DNA of 31,142 nucleotides, taken from the NCBI GenBank assembly GCA_050014495.1, contig JBEKDF010000036.1, positions 1 through 31,142 on the forward strand, in the 5' to 3' direction. The stretch is from Candidatus Bathyarchaeia archaeon. GTDB lineage: Archaea; Thermoproteota; Bathyarchaeia; TCS64. The notes under the pieces are model-generated. The model made no database searches, was not told where the DNA came from, and saw only the letters and a program-made list of their open reading frames with translations. The position numbers and the translations under genes are program-made. Shown here piece after piece: positions 9,787-18,392 of the stretch (positions within the stretch are counted from its first letter, which is position 1; each line of letters begins with the position of its first letter).

Positions 9787-11289
9787 ATGTTCGGGCAGAT
9801 CACCTCAACAGTGATTTTAGCGGTTTCCTCTATCTTCCTCGCCAGGTTTCTAGGAGCCGATCAGTATGGCGTCTATACAATCGTTCTGATACCCGTCGCG
9901 ATAATGTTTCTCATACAGGACCTGGGGACGAGCCCCGCCTTCATCAGGTTCTGTGCGATGTATCGCCACGAGGAAAGACCGGGCGATCTGCGGGAGGTCA
10001 TCAAGACGGGTCTCATCTTCGTCTCCCTTACGTCGATGGCGCTCAGCGTGGCGCTCTACCTCTCATCCGGCATCATAGCTTCGGCATTCCTTCGCAGACC
10101 TGAACTCGAATACCTTGTAAAAACTTCATCATTCGCGGTGTTCGGAAGCGGCCTGTACGGCGCCATTCAATCAATATTCGTGGGTAATGAGCGGATGGGT
10201 CTCAGAAGCATCATCGATGTGTTCTGGGCTCTCAGCAAGAGTGTTATCATGGTCTCACTGGTTCTAATCGGTCTAGGCGCGGGGGGCGCTGTGCTCTCCA
10301 ATGTGATTGGATATCTAATGACCGGCCTACTAGGGATCATACTCATTATAATCTACATTAGACCCAGGCGAGACTCGCAATCTCAGAGCGGTAGTCATAC
10401 ACTGGGCCTGATGCTCGCCTACGGCCTTCCAGCCTATGCGGGAAGCCTGCTATCAGGTGGCTTGACGCAGTGGTACAACTCACTGATGACCCTTAATGTC
10501 TCCACCACCCTAATCGGTAACTATAGTGCTGCTTCAAACTTCGGCGTCCTGGTCGGCTTCATCATCATGCCCATCGGCACCACCCTGTTTCCCCTATTCT
10601 CAAGGTTAAGGAGGGACGATCCCCAACTCGCGTTGATTTTCAGAAAAGCCGTGAAGTACACAACGCTGGTGACCATACCAGTCATGACCCTCCTGATCCT
10701 AGTTTCGGGCCCTCTGACACGCATAATCTACGGGGGAAACTACACCTATGTGGCATTCTATCTTAGTCTCTACCTCCTCGGCTACAGCTTCGAGGGTTTA
10801 GGGGGGACCTCACTCACCAACTTCATTATGGGAATGGGGGAGTCAAAAGTCATATTTTTGATGAACGCGGCGACACTCCTCCTTGGCGTTCCACTTGCCC
10901 TCATTCTTATCCCTCGATTCCAGATAATCGGGCTTATAGCAACCTCTCTGATTGCCCCTCGTATCGGATGGCTCATTGGCTACGCCTGGGTAAGGAAGAA
11001 ATTTGGAATTACTGTTGGCTGGTTGAGTTCAGCTAGAATATATCTCTGCAGCGCCGTATCCTTTGTTGTAGGCTATCTGGCACTAAACCTGCTACATGTA
11101 ACTGGATGGGTCGCCCTGGTTGCGGGCTCGGCGATATTCTTCACGTTCTATTTGATGGCTCTGCCCCTGAGTAGAACGCTGAGCAGGAAGGATCTTGATG
11201 ATCTCAGGGTGATAGCTAAGACAACTGGACCGCTTGACCCAGTCATTGGGGTTATTCTGTCACTGCTTGAGCGTTTTACCCGCGTTTAG
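9787..11289 (+). CDS. Wzx-type oligosaccharide flippase (MOP superfamily)
   Basis: LARFLGADQYGVY, DLG, GNYSAA and TLFPLFS motifs; 12-14 TM segments. The start may extend slightly upstream. Confidence 0.9.
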   Translation: MFGQITSTVILAVSSIFLARFLGADQYGVYTIVLIPVAIMFLIQDLGTSPAFIRFCAMYRHEERPGDLREVIKTGLIFVSLTSMALSVALYLSSGIIASAFLRRPELEYLVKTSSFAVFGSGLYGAIQSIFVGNERMGLRSIIDVFWALSKSVIMVSLVLIGLGAGGAVLSNVIGYLMTGLLGIILIIIYIRPRRDSQSQSGSHTLGLMLAYGLPAYAGSLLSGGLTQWYNSLMTLNVSTTLIGNYSAASNFGVLVGFIIMPIGTTLFPLFSRLRRDDPQLALIFRKAVKYTTLVTIPVMTLLILVSGPLTRIIYGGNYTYVAFYLSLYLLGYSFEGLGGTSLTNFIMGMGESKVIFLMNAATLLLGVPLALILIPRFQIIGLIATSLIAPRIGWLIGYAWVRKKFGITVGWLSSARIYLCSAVSFVVGYLALNLLHVTGWVALVAGSAIFFTFYLMALPLSRTLSRKDLDDLRVIAKTTGPLDPVIGVILSLLERFTRV

Positions 11290-11295
11290 AGCGGT

Positions 11296-11433
11296 ATTCA
11301 TGTTGGAGGTTTGGGCCCTCTTCGGGTCCTCGATACAGGTGTTTGGCAGAGATTCCCAGGTTTACTGAGGTCGCCGATTTCAGTTGAGGCCGATTAAAAA
11401 TAGTCTTGTGGATTAGTGATATTTAGTTAATTG
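11296..11433. repeat. Copy 1 of a diverged ~140-bp non-coding repeat with hairpins
   Basis: Aligns by eye with 26371-26510; the core TTTGGGCCCTCTTCGGG..CTCGATACAGGTRTTTGGCAGAGAWTCCCAGGT is nearly identical. Confidence 0.85.
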
Positions 11434-11487
11434 GGTTTTGCGCGTGCGCATATGCACAGATAGGAGCGAAGAAGACTGAGGCTTAGG

Positions 11488-12924
11488 CTACAGGAGGCCC
11501 TTCCTCACCGCCTTAGCCAGGTAGCCGTCGGCTGCCATAAAGTCATCAGCGGCTCCAGCGGTGATCTCATCAGCGGCCCTCTGCGCCTTCTTCATGACTT
11601 CGAACTCATCGAGAGTGACACATCGCCTGTTCTCGACCACGAATTTACCGTTGACGATGACGGTTTCGACCTCGTCGCCTCGGCCGTAGTAGACGATGTT
11701 TGGGGCGATGTTCCTGACGGGGCTCGTTATTGTGGGGACCATGTGAGGCATCTTCAGGTCCATGATGATTACATCGGCCTTCTTACCAGCCTCCAAGCTC
11801 CCGACCTTGTCACCGAGGCCGATGGTGTTTGCGCCGCCGATGGTGGCTATGCGTAGCATCTGCCATGCGGGGAGTATGGTGGGGTCTCTGTGTCGGACCT
11901 TGTTTAGGAGGGCCGCCGTCTTCATGCCGATGAGCATGTTGTGTCCCGTGCTACCGGGGGCTTGGTCACTACCGATGCCGGCGTATCTGCCTCCCTGCTG
12001 GAGGTAGAGGGCAAGTGGAGGCACTATCCCATCGATCAGGGCTATGCTGGCTGGACAGCTGGCGTAACGGACTCCCCTCTTGGCGATTATGGCGACCTCG
12101 TCGTCAGTCGTCTGATGGCAGTGTGCGGCGATGATGTTGTCGTCGAGGAATCCTATCCTGTCGAGGTACTGAATGGTGGTGGCGTTGTAGCGGAGTTTCA
12201 TCTGGATGGCTTCTCTCGCGCCTTGGGCGACGTGTATGTGGGTGAGCTTCCCCCGATTCACGGCCTCCGCTTTGACGCGTTCTAGCAGACTACGACTCAT
12301 CATGTCGGCGCCCTGGGGGCTGAAGATGCAGCTGATTCTGCCCTCGCCTGCGCTATCCCAGCGCTCGACGAGGTCTATTCCTGCTTTGAGCTTCTGCTCA
12401 CCCAGTGCATCGTCGAAGATGTAGGGTTTATTGGCGTCTGGGCGGCTGTTAGGCCCTATCTCGTTAATCGTGTCGGCTATGTTTGCGCGTACCCCGGATG
12501 GTATGAAGACTTTTTCGGCTACTTGTCCCTCGTTTACGCCTATCTCGCCGAATGTTGTGACGCCGCTCTTTACTCCCTCGAGGACACCTAGTGCTCCGCC
12601 CGCGATGCTGTGCTCCGGCTTGATGTACTTGCTGAATGGCGCCATGGTCTTGAGCATCCACTCTATCTCTGGGACATCCTGTGCCTCGCCGCGGATGATG
12701 GTGTGGCCGGTGTGTATGTGGACGTCTATGAATCCGGGGAGGACGGCCTTTCCCTTCGCCTCAATGACTGTCTCGGAGTCCCTGTATTTCTTGTCGAGGT
12801 CATGGGTTCTCCCTACGGCGACTATGTTCTGGCCTTCGATGGCTATGGCGCCATCCTCCAGTACGCCGAGGCCCTCGCCTCGCATCGTGAGGAGTAAGCC
12901 ATTCCTGATGTAGATATTCGTCAT
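11488..12924 (-). CDS. Amidohydrolase, SsnA / MTA-SAH deaminase-like family
   Basis: PGFIDVHIH, GVTT, HIHVAQ, AAHC, GSD and GSLEAGKKADVI motifs. Confidence 0.9.
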   Translation of the reverse strand: MTNIYIRNGLLLTMRGEGLGVLEDGAIAIEGQNIVAVGRTHDLDKKYRDSETVIEAKGKAVLPGFIDVHIHTGHTIIRGEAQDVPEIEWMLKTMAPFSKYIKPEHSIAGGALGVLEGVKSGVTTFGEIGVNEGQVAEKVFIPSGVRANIADTINEIGPNSRPDANKPYIFDDALGEQKLKAGIDLVERWDSAGEGRISCIFSPQGADMMSRSLLERVKAEAVNRGKLTHIHVAQGAREAIQMKLRYNATTIQYLDRIGFLDDNIIAAHCHQTTDDEVAIIAKRGVRYASCPASIALIDGIVPPLALYLQQGGRYAGIGSDQAPGSTGHNMLIGMKTAALLNKVRHRDPTILPAWQMLRIATIGGANTIGLGDKVGSLEAGKKADVIIMDLKMPHMVPTITSPVRNIAPNIVYYGRGDEVETVIVNGKFVVENRRCVTLDEFEVMKKAQRAADEITAGAADDFMAADGYLAKAVRKGLL

Positions 12925-13469
12925 TGGGTTCCGGTAGATGTGTGATTAATCATATTTTACGCCTTCGGTGAGAGTGGGTTGTGTTCGACCTGAGAAGTGG
13001 TCACACGTTGTCAATTGATCGAGGGACGAGGGTTTACTTCGTCACGTGCGCGCACGGAATACACGCACCCTGGCCACCCTTGGGAGACATATGTCAGAGT
13101 GGAGGCCACGGACTCCGAGGGGAGGGTCGCCTGGACCAACCCAATATACAAGATGTAAAAAAAGATATCCGTATCAGTCCGTGCGCGCTACGGTATAGGC
13201 GCACATGAGATGGAGACACAACCTAGAACATCAGCCACTCCGCTGGCTTCTAAGTCCATGAGGTGTCCTCTCATCCTTCTTGTCAGTCATTAATTGTTCT
13301 CCTCCATCTTGAACATATCCCTGCGCGCATCGTCTTGATCATCGTGTTTGTTGGCGCTGTGATAATGGGGGTTGTGTTGAGTTTGAATGAGGTGGTTGGA
13401 GTCTTGATGGTTCCCCGAAGAATATCTTATGGGGCTTCATCCGAACTGGAGGGGATAAGTGATGCAGAT

Positions 13470-13516
13470 GTAGGAATTGTTATTATAAGTAAGATTTATA
13501 TTAAAAAGTAAGAATT
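13470..13516 (+). promoter_or_regulatory. TATA box (TTTATA 13495-13500) with three GTARGAWTT direct repeats; likely autoregulatory operator of the TA operon
   Basis: Repeats at 13470, 13489 and 13508 (19-bp period) immediately upstream of ATG 13522. Confidence 0.6.
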
Positions 13517-13521
13517 ATTCT

Positions 13522-13779
13522 ATGGTGTACTACTTGGAGGAGGCCGTGAGGGTCAGCGAGAAGGGGCAAGTTGTCATCCCCAAGAGAATCAGGGATAAGA
13601 TCGGCCTAGAGACCGGAGACGAACTCACGGTTAATCTCGTGGACCAGAAGATAATTCTGAGGAAGAGACCGAAGAGCTACACAGACTATATGTGGGGTCT
13701 CCACGGAGACGCCTGGAGGGGCGTCGATGCTGGGGAATATGTTGAGGGGGAGAGGGAGTCTTGGCGGAGGAGAGGGTGA
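13522..13779 (+). CDS. vapB: AbrB/MazE/SpoVT-family antitoxin
   Basis: VSEKGQVVIPKRIRDKIGLETGDEL; overlaps a PIN gene. Confidence 0.9.
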   Translation: MVYYLEEAVRVSEKGQVVIPKRIRDKIGLETGDELTVNLVDQKIILRKRPKSYTDYMWGLHGDAWRGVDAGEYVEGERESWRRRG

Positions 13780-14240
13780 AGGAGGCTCTAGCTCCGCACG
13801 GGGTCGTCGGCGTAGACACCATGGTTTTCATCTACCACCTCGAGGGAGACGAGAGGTTTGGGCCCTTCACCCGTACCCTCTTTAGAAGTGTTGAGAGTGG
13901 TGAGCGTCGGGCCGTGACCTCCATTATAACGCTGCTTGAGACTCTTGTGAAGCCGAAGGAGCTTGGGGATGAGGAGATGAGGGATGATTATTATTATGCT
14001 TTAACCTCTTTCCCGCATCTGAAGATGAGGCCTGTGGATGAGGAGGTTGCTGAGGTGGCGGCTGAGCTCAGGGCTAGGCACGGGTTGAGGACGCCTGATG
14101 CGTTGCAGTTGGCGACATGTCTCGTTGAGGGGGCGAGCGGATTTATCACAAACGATGAGGGGCTGAGGAAGATCGAGGATCCTAGGGTCATTATCATGAG
14201 TGATTATTTCTTAAATGCAGGCGAGCCACCAATTAGGTAA
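13761..14240 (+). CDS. vapC: PIN-domain toxin VapC
   Basis: VDTMVFIY, TLLE, LRTPDALQLAT and FITND acidic-quartet motifs. Confidence 0.9.
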   Translation: MAEERVKEALAPHGVVGVDTMVFIYHLEGDERFGPFTRTLFRSVESGERRAVTSIITLLETLVKPKELGDEEMRDDYYYALTSFPHLKMRPVDEEVAEVAAELRARHGLRTPDALQLATCLVEGASGFITNDEGLRKIEDPRVIIMSDYFLNAGEPPIR

Positions 14241-14264
14241 ACTAAATTTGTTCGCGCGCGCGAT

Positions 14265-14363
14265 ACCTGTTGGAGACTCGGCCTCTGCTGAGGGAGTAGT
14301 TCCGGTGATGTAAGTTGGGTTGATGAATCAGGAAGTCCACCTCTTTAGGGGTGGGTAGTTCGC
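14265..14363 (+). mobile_element. Orphan IS200/IS605 (TnpB-type) right end / omega-RNA (reRNA)-like remnant
   Basis: CCTGTTGGAG-ACTCGGC-CTCTGC...TAA-GTTGGGT-TGATGAATCAGG-AAG, then the hairpin TCCACCTC-TTTA-GGGGTGGG and TAGTTCGC. This resembles tnpB 3' ends, recognised from memory. No tnpB ORF upstream. Confidence 0.65.
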
Positions 14364-14365
14364 CA

Positions 14366-14887
14366 TTAGACCGTCAAGGATGTACTTGCATCCTTTCTTA
14401 GCCGCTCTACCTCAGCGGCGAATTCCTCTGTGACAGTCTTCGTAGACGAGGGAATCAACATGAAAGAACAGGTCCTCCCCCCCGAATCACCCCTGTAACG
14501 CACGCGGAGATAGTAGAACCTCGCCATCGTCCCGAAACTACCCAGACGATTGGCTACGGCTTCTTGTACGTCAGCCACTGGCACCTGGAAGCTTCCCTCA
14601 TTCCTCAGGCCCTCCCTTATCCTGTTCGAGTAGTCCTCGGCCTGCATAACTACCTCGATACCCAGGACCTTTTTACCTGGGATCCTCATGTAGATGAGTC
14701 TCTCATTCGTGAGGACTAACTGGCCCTTCGACGAAGCCCCACCTGAGGCCTTTTCCTTATCGTAGAACCCCACGATCGATTTAGTCACCACGTATTCTGG
14801 TTTACGGGTAGCTTGGGGGACCTCCTTGAGAGTTCTCGGTTCCTCTCTCGCCTCCACTCTTCGAGTGATGGGGGGGAATCTCTGCAC
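14366..14887 (-). CDS. PH/GRAM-like beta domain; probably the frameshifted C-terminus of the 14802-16256 gene
   Basis: 'KGQLVLTNERLIY' PH-like motif; 86-bp overlap with the upstream ORF across a C7 run. Confidence 0.55.
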   Translation of the reverse strand: MQRFPPITRRVEAREEPRTLKEVPQATRKPEYVVTKSIVGFYDKEKASGGASSKGQLVLTNERLIYMRIPGKKVLGIEVVMQAEDYSNRIREGLRNEGSFQVPVADVQEAVANRLGSFGTMARFYYLRVRYRGDSGGRTCSFMLIPSSTKTVTEEFAAEVERLRKDASTSLTV

Positions 14888-16256
14888 GCGTTTTCAGCTC
14901 TTCAACCCTCACGATCACGGGAGCGGATATAGGAGAGAAGGGGATTGGTTTCTTCAACTCAATGACATCTGCTGTTGTGACTGTGTCCTGTGTTTTCAGC
15001 CCTTCACCTGCCTCGACCATGGAGGTGTGTGGATCAGAGACCTTGACCAGTTTCTTAAACTCGCCATCATCAATGAAGGAACCCATCATATTCTTTCTGA
15101 GGATGGATGCCTTCAACGCTCCGAATTCCTCGGAGGTGACAGCTCCAGAGTCCAGGAGGGACTTGACCTTGTCAAGCTTATCCAAGGTCTCCATCGAAAC
15201 CTCGGCACTGCTTCTGCTTGGTATGGTTGACTCTCTCTCCGACCTCTCCTCAGCTTCTACCTGAGCCATGTGCCCACTCACAGCTGCCACCGGAGCCTGG
15301 GGCTGCGGCAAACTGACTACACCTTCTCCCTGAGCCTCCAGTACAATCGCGGCAGCCACTGGGGTCCCTGACCCCGGTGAATTTATCTCCAGATGGCGGT
15401 GCCGCCTTACTCTCAGAACGACGCTCAACACCACGGCGATCATTGGCAGAATCAGGATGGCGAGGACCTCCGCAATACTCCATGGGCCCGAAAAAGCATA
15501 ATTCAGGAACTTCAGGTTCCCACCGATGGAGGAGACGCCTCCTAGGAAATTAGCGAAGGCATCAATGATGTTCATTAAAATGCCAGAGGGACCAGGGTCC
15601 GTCTGAGGAGGGATCCCAGACGTGTCCGGGGGTGAACTTAGGGATGGGCCTCCCATCGGGATATTGGTGCTCGCGAGCTCCATTACCACATTCTGGTAAC
15701 CGCGGATGGAGCCAACCTGCCTAACTATGAGCCCACTGCTCATCTCGACCCACATCACCCCGCTAATCTCTACTACAGGTGCCCCGTTGGGAATCGTCAC
15801 CTCGACTGTGTTGAAGGTTCCAGCGGGAACCGTGATCTTGACACCAGTGTTAACCTTTCCATATCCCAGATCGCTGGATGTCTGTCCTTGGTCCAGAGAC
15901 TGGAGGTTTGCTTGACTCAAGGCGGGGAAGGGTTGAGGGTTGTAGAATGAGATACTGTTGTTGTATACGGGTTGGTTGAAGACCTCGCTGAAGCTTATCG
16001 TCATGTCCATCCTCTGGTCCATAAAATCAACGCTGCTAATCGTGTAATTCACAACCCCGTTCAGTGTCCCACTTGTAGTCTGGTACGATGCGTAAGCGCC
16101 CTTGAACGCGAACGGTATCGTCCCCATGCCCCCAGCGCTGGTTGGGGGGGAGTTCGATGTTGATCCGAATGCATCAGCGGGGTGAGTCAACATGCCTACG
16201 CATGATAGTATCATTAGAAGAGCGATGTGGGCCCGGAGATTTCTACTATTTATCAT
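14802..16256 (-). CDS. Secreted/membrane protein with extracellular domain, TM helix and cytoplasmic SHOCT domain
   Basis: Signal peptide; 'ITVPAGTFNT' motif; TM helix followed by RVRRHR; LDKLDKVKSLLDSGAVTSEEFGALKASIL matches SHOCT. Confidence 0.7.
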   Translation of the reverse strand: MINSRNLRAHIALLMILSCVGMLTHPADAFGSTSNSPPTSAGGMGTIPFAFKGAYASYQTTSGTLNGVVNYTISSVDFMDQRMDMTISFSEVFNQPVYNNSISFYNPQPFPALSQANLQSLDQGQTSSDLGYGKVNTGVKITVPAGTFNTVEVTIPNGAPVVEISGVMWVEMSSGLIVRQVGSIRGYQNVVMELASTNIPMGGPSLSSPPDTSGIPPQTDPGPSGILMNIIDAFANFLGGVSSIGGNLKFLNYAFSGPWSIAEVLAILILPMIAVVLSVVLRVRRHRHLEINSPGSGTPVAAAIVLEAQGEGVVSLPQPQAPVAAVSGHMAQVEAEERSERESTIPSRSSAEVSMETLDKLDKVKSLLDSGAVTSEEFGALKASILRKNMMGSFIDDGEFKKLVKVSDPHTSMVEAGEGLKTQDTVTTADVIELKKPIPFSPISAPVIVRVEELKTRAEIPPHHSKSGGERGTENSQGGPPSYP

Positions 16257-16461
16257 CCAATCATGCTTACAGTCTCTATTTATTTACAGAAGCGTGTGTA
16301 ATTGAAATTCACATACACATTAGTGGGCTCCATCAACACTAGTTCTGCTCGAGCTGCGCGCGCTACCCTGTTCCTAACTTCCCACAGTTTAGAATAAACT
16401 TAAATTAATGATTAAGTCTTCGTACCCCCATGAGTTGTCCAGACACAGGAGGTAAGTTCAC

Positions 16462-16576
16462 TTTGGACAAGATGAACACGAGATCCTAGAAACACTCTTC
16501 AAAAACATCGACTTAAGCATTGCCCAACAACAACTTATCGGCTGCTACCACACAACCGGCCCAGGAAGATCCCCAA
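16462..16576 (+). pseudogene. Possible transposase N-terminal remnant
   Basis: Frame reads QDEHEILETLFKNIDLSIAQQQLIGCYHTTGPGRSP, resembling the D-L-S...Y...GRP N-termini of IS5/IS1182-like transposases. Ends at the GCGCGCGC tract at 16577. Confidence 0.35.
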
Positions 16577-16741
16577 GCGCGCGCATAGGATTCTCAGTGA
16601 GATCAACTCTCTAAGTCCCCTTGAGACAGGCGTCACCACCCCATTATTCCTACATGACTAAACACTTCAATGAAATATAAATAGTCGAATAAATACCATT
16701 AGGGGTCACCCAAGAGATGGAGGAAGAAACAACTCAAGACA

Positions 16742-17260
16742 ATAAGCTTAGAATCATTCAGCCTTGACCATACGCGGATCAAGGCCCCCTACGTCAGACT
16801 ATCAAAGAGGATCGAAGTCCCCGCAAGCAACTACGAGATCTCGGTGTTCGACTTCAGGGTCCGGACGCCCAACACGCAACTCCTCTCACCGAAGGTGACC
16901 CATTCCCTCGAACATCTATTCGCCGTAGCCCTCAGGACCGAGTTCGAGGAACATCAAAGAGACCTGAGCGTTATCGACGTCTCGCCGATGGGCTGCCGAA
17001 CCGGGTTCTACTTGACAATACTCAACCCGAGGGGCACACTGCCACTGGGAAGGATCGCGGCGTCAATAAGGTCGATGCTGGACATTGCCCTTGAGATAGA
17101 GTCTCTGCCGGGAGCCAGGAGGGAGACCTGCGGCGCTTTCGAGGAACACGATCTCGAAGGCGCGAGATCCGAGATAAGGCGCTTGGTTGGGGAGAGCATA
17201 GTCCAGTTGGATAAGCCACCCTGCTGGGGCCTTAACAAAAGAAGGAGCGACACTTGTTAA
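16742..17260 (+). CDS. luxS: S-ribosylhomocysteine lyase LuxS; anomalous 5' end (ATA start or frameshift from ATG 16717)
   Basis: In-frame upstream extension reads SLESFSLDHTRIKAPYVR; HSLEH, DVSPMGCRTGFY and CGAFEEHDLEGA motifs. Confidence 0.9.
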   Translation: MSLESFSLDHTRIKAPYVRLSKRIEVPASNYEISVFDFRVRTPNTQLLSPKVTHSLEHLFAVALRTEFEEHQRDLSVIDVSPMGCRTGFYLTILNPRGTLPLGRIAASIRSMLDIALEIESLPGARRETCGAFEEHDLEGARSEIRRLVGESIVQLDKPPCWGLNKRRSDTC

Positions 17261-17267
17261 CGAGTTC

Positions 17268-18392
17268 ATGGGTGGTCTTCTGAATCTGGTCAAATCATGC
17301 GACGTCGGAAGCATGCCTCTGAAGGGGCGGAGATACGAGTTCCTGGAGGGGGCGAAGAGGTCGCAGACCCTGACCCAGTACACGGGTTACGGGGAAGGGT
17401 TCAGTTATGTGAAGGTGTTCGAGGACCAAGTAGTTTCAGGCCTGATGGACAAGATGAGGGCAGGAATCGATGTCCCAACCTACCCACAGTACAGGGACAT
17501 GGACGAGATGTTTCTGGGCATGATCAATGGGCTCACGAAGACACCGAAGGGATACATGGCCTCTGGAAAGCTGTCTGTGGAGCCCGGGAAGATGATCCCG
17601 GAGGTCTACGCGGTGAGGAACCACCTAAGTGAGGTGTCGGAGGCGTCCAGTGTAGGTAAAGTGGGTTTAAAGGTCTGCGTGACGGGGCCCTATACGCTCT
17701 CCAGATCCTTCGCGGCTCGGACACCTGAGCTATTCACGGAGCTGGGAGGGCTCCTCAGCGAGGTAACATCCAACTCAATCTTCAAGGCTAAGAGGGGAGA
17801 GACAGCCCTAGTCTCCATAGATGAGCCCGCCTTCGGCCTCGCTGACGACCCGTTCCTAGACGTCGGCCACTCCGGCCGCGAGTGCCTCAGGAAGGCGTGG
17901 GAGGAGGTATCCTATGCGGCCAAGTCTAGGGGTGTGGAGACGATGATCCACCTCCACAGCACCGTCGACAGCCTGATGTGGGAGGTCGGGAAGCTGGACA
18001 TCATTGGCTCCCACGTCTCCGACCCTGTCTACGGGGCAGCCACGAACAGGCTGCTCGCGGAGACGGGGAAGAGGTTGAGCATCAGCGTGGCTACCACGAG
18101 CTTCGAGGAGCTCTTGGCAAGGGACGCGGAGACCCCTGAGGACGTCGGCCATCTCTGGGAGAGGATAAGGCGAGGGGAGACCGACCCTTCGACATATCTG
18201 GAGGGCGCTCAAGTCATAGCGGATAGGCTGAGCAGGTCGCTGAGACTCTTCGGCGAGGAGAACGTCCCCTACGCTGGCCCGGAGTGTGGGTTGGGCGGTT
18301 TCCCCACATACGAGTGTGCGATCCAGTACTTGGAAAGAATATCCCGCGTCGTCAAGCATACCAACGTCGATAAGTCAAATACACACTCCTAA
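17268..18392 (+). CDS. Single-barrel MetE/URO-D superfamily protein (cobalamin-independent methionine synthase-like)
   Basis: DVGSMP, PTYPQ, KVCVTGPYTL, SIDEP, IHLH and GPECGL motifs; 7 bp downstream of luxS. Confidence 0.75.
   Translation: MGGLLNLVKSCDVGSMPLKGRRYEFLEGAKRSQTLTQYTGYGEGFSYVKVFEDQVVSGLMDKMRAGIDVPTYPQYRDMDEMFLGMINGLTKTPKGYMASGKLSVEPGKMIPEVYAVRNHLSEVSEASSVGKVGLKVCVTGPYTLSRSFAARTPELFTELGGLLSEVTSNSIFKAKRGETALVSIDEPAFGLADDPFLDVGHSGRECLRKAWEEVSYAAKSRGVETMIHLHSTVDSLMWEVGKLDIIGSHVSDPVYGAATNRLLAETGKRLSISVATTSFEELLARDAETPEDVGHLWERIRRGETDPSTYLEGAQVIADRLSRSLRLFGEENVPYAGPECGLGGFPTYECAIQYLERISRVVKHTNVDKSNTHS

Noticed and set aside
11762..12913. Plus-strand ORFs over the amidohydrolase, and similar antisense ORFs over the PAS/GAF, MFS, flippase and 25148-26305 genes
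   Set aside because: Shadow ORFs opposite well-supported genes, with no motifs.
13263..13511. 82-aa ORF with a hydrophobic stretch (and the 75-aa ORF at 12981-13208)
   Set aside because: Spans tract junctions and the TA promoter; probably an accidental read-through of mosaic DNA.
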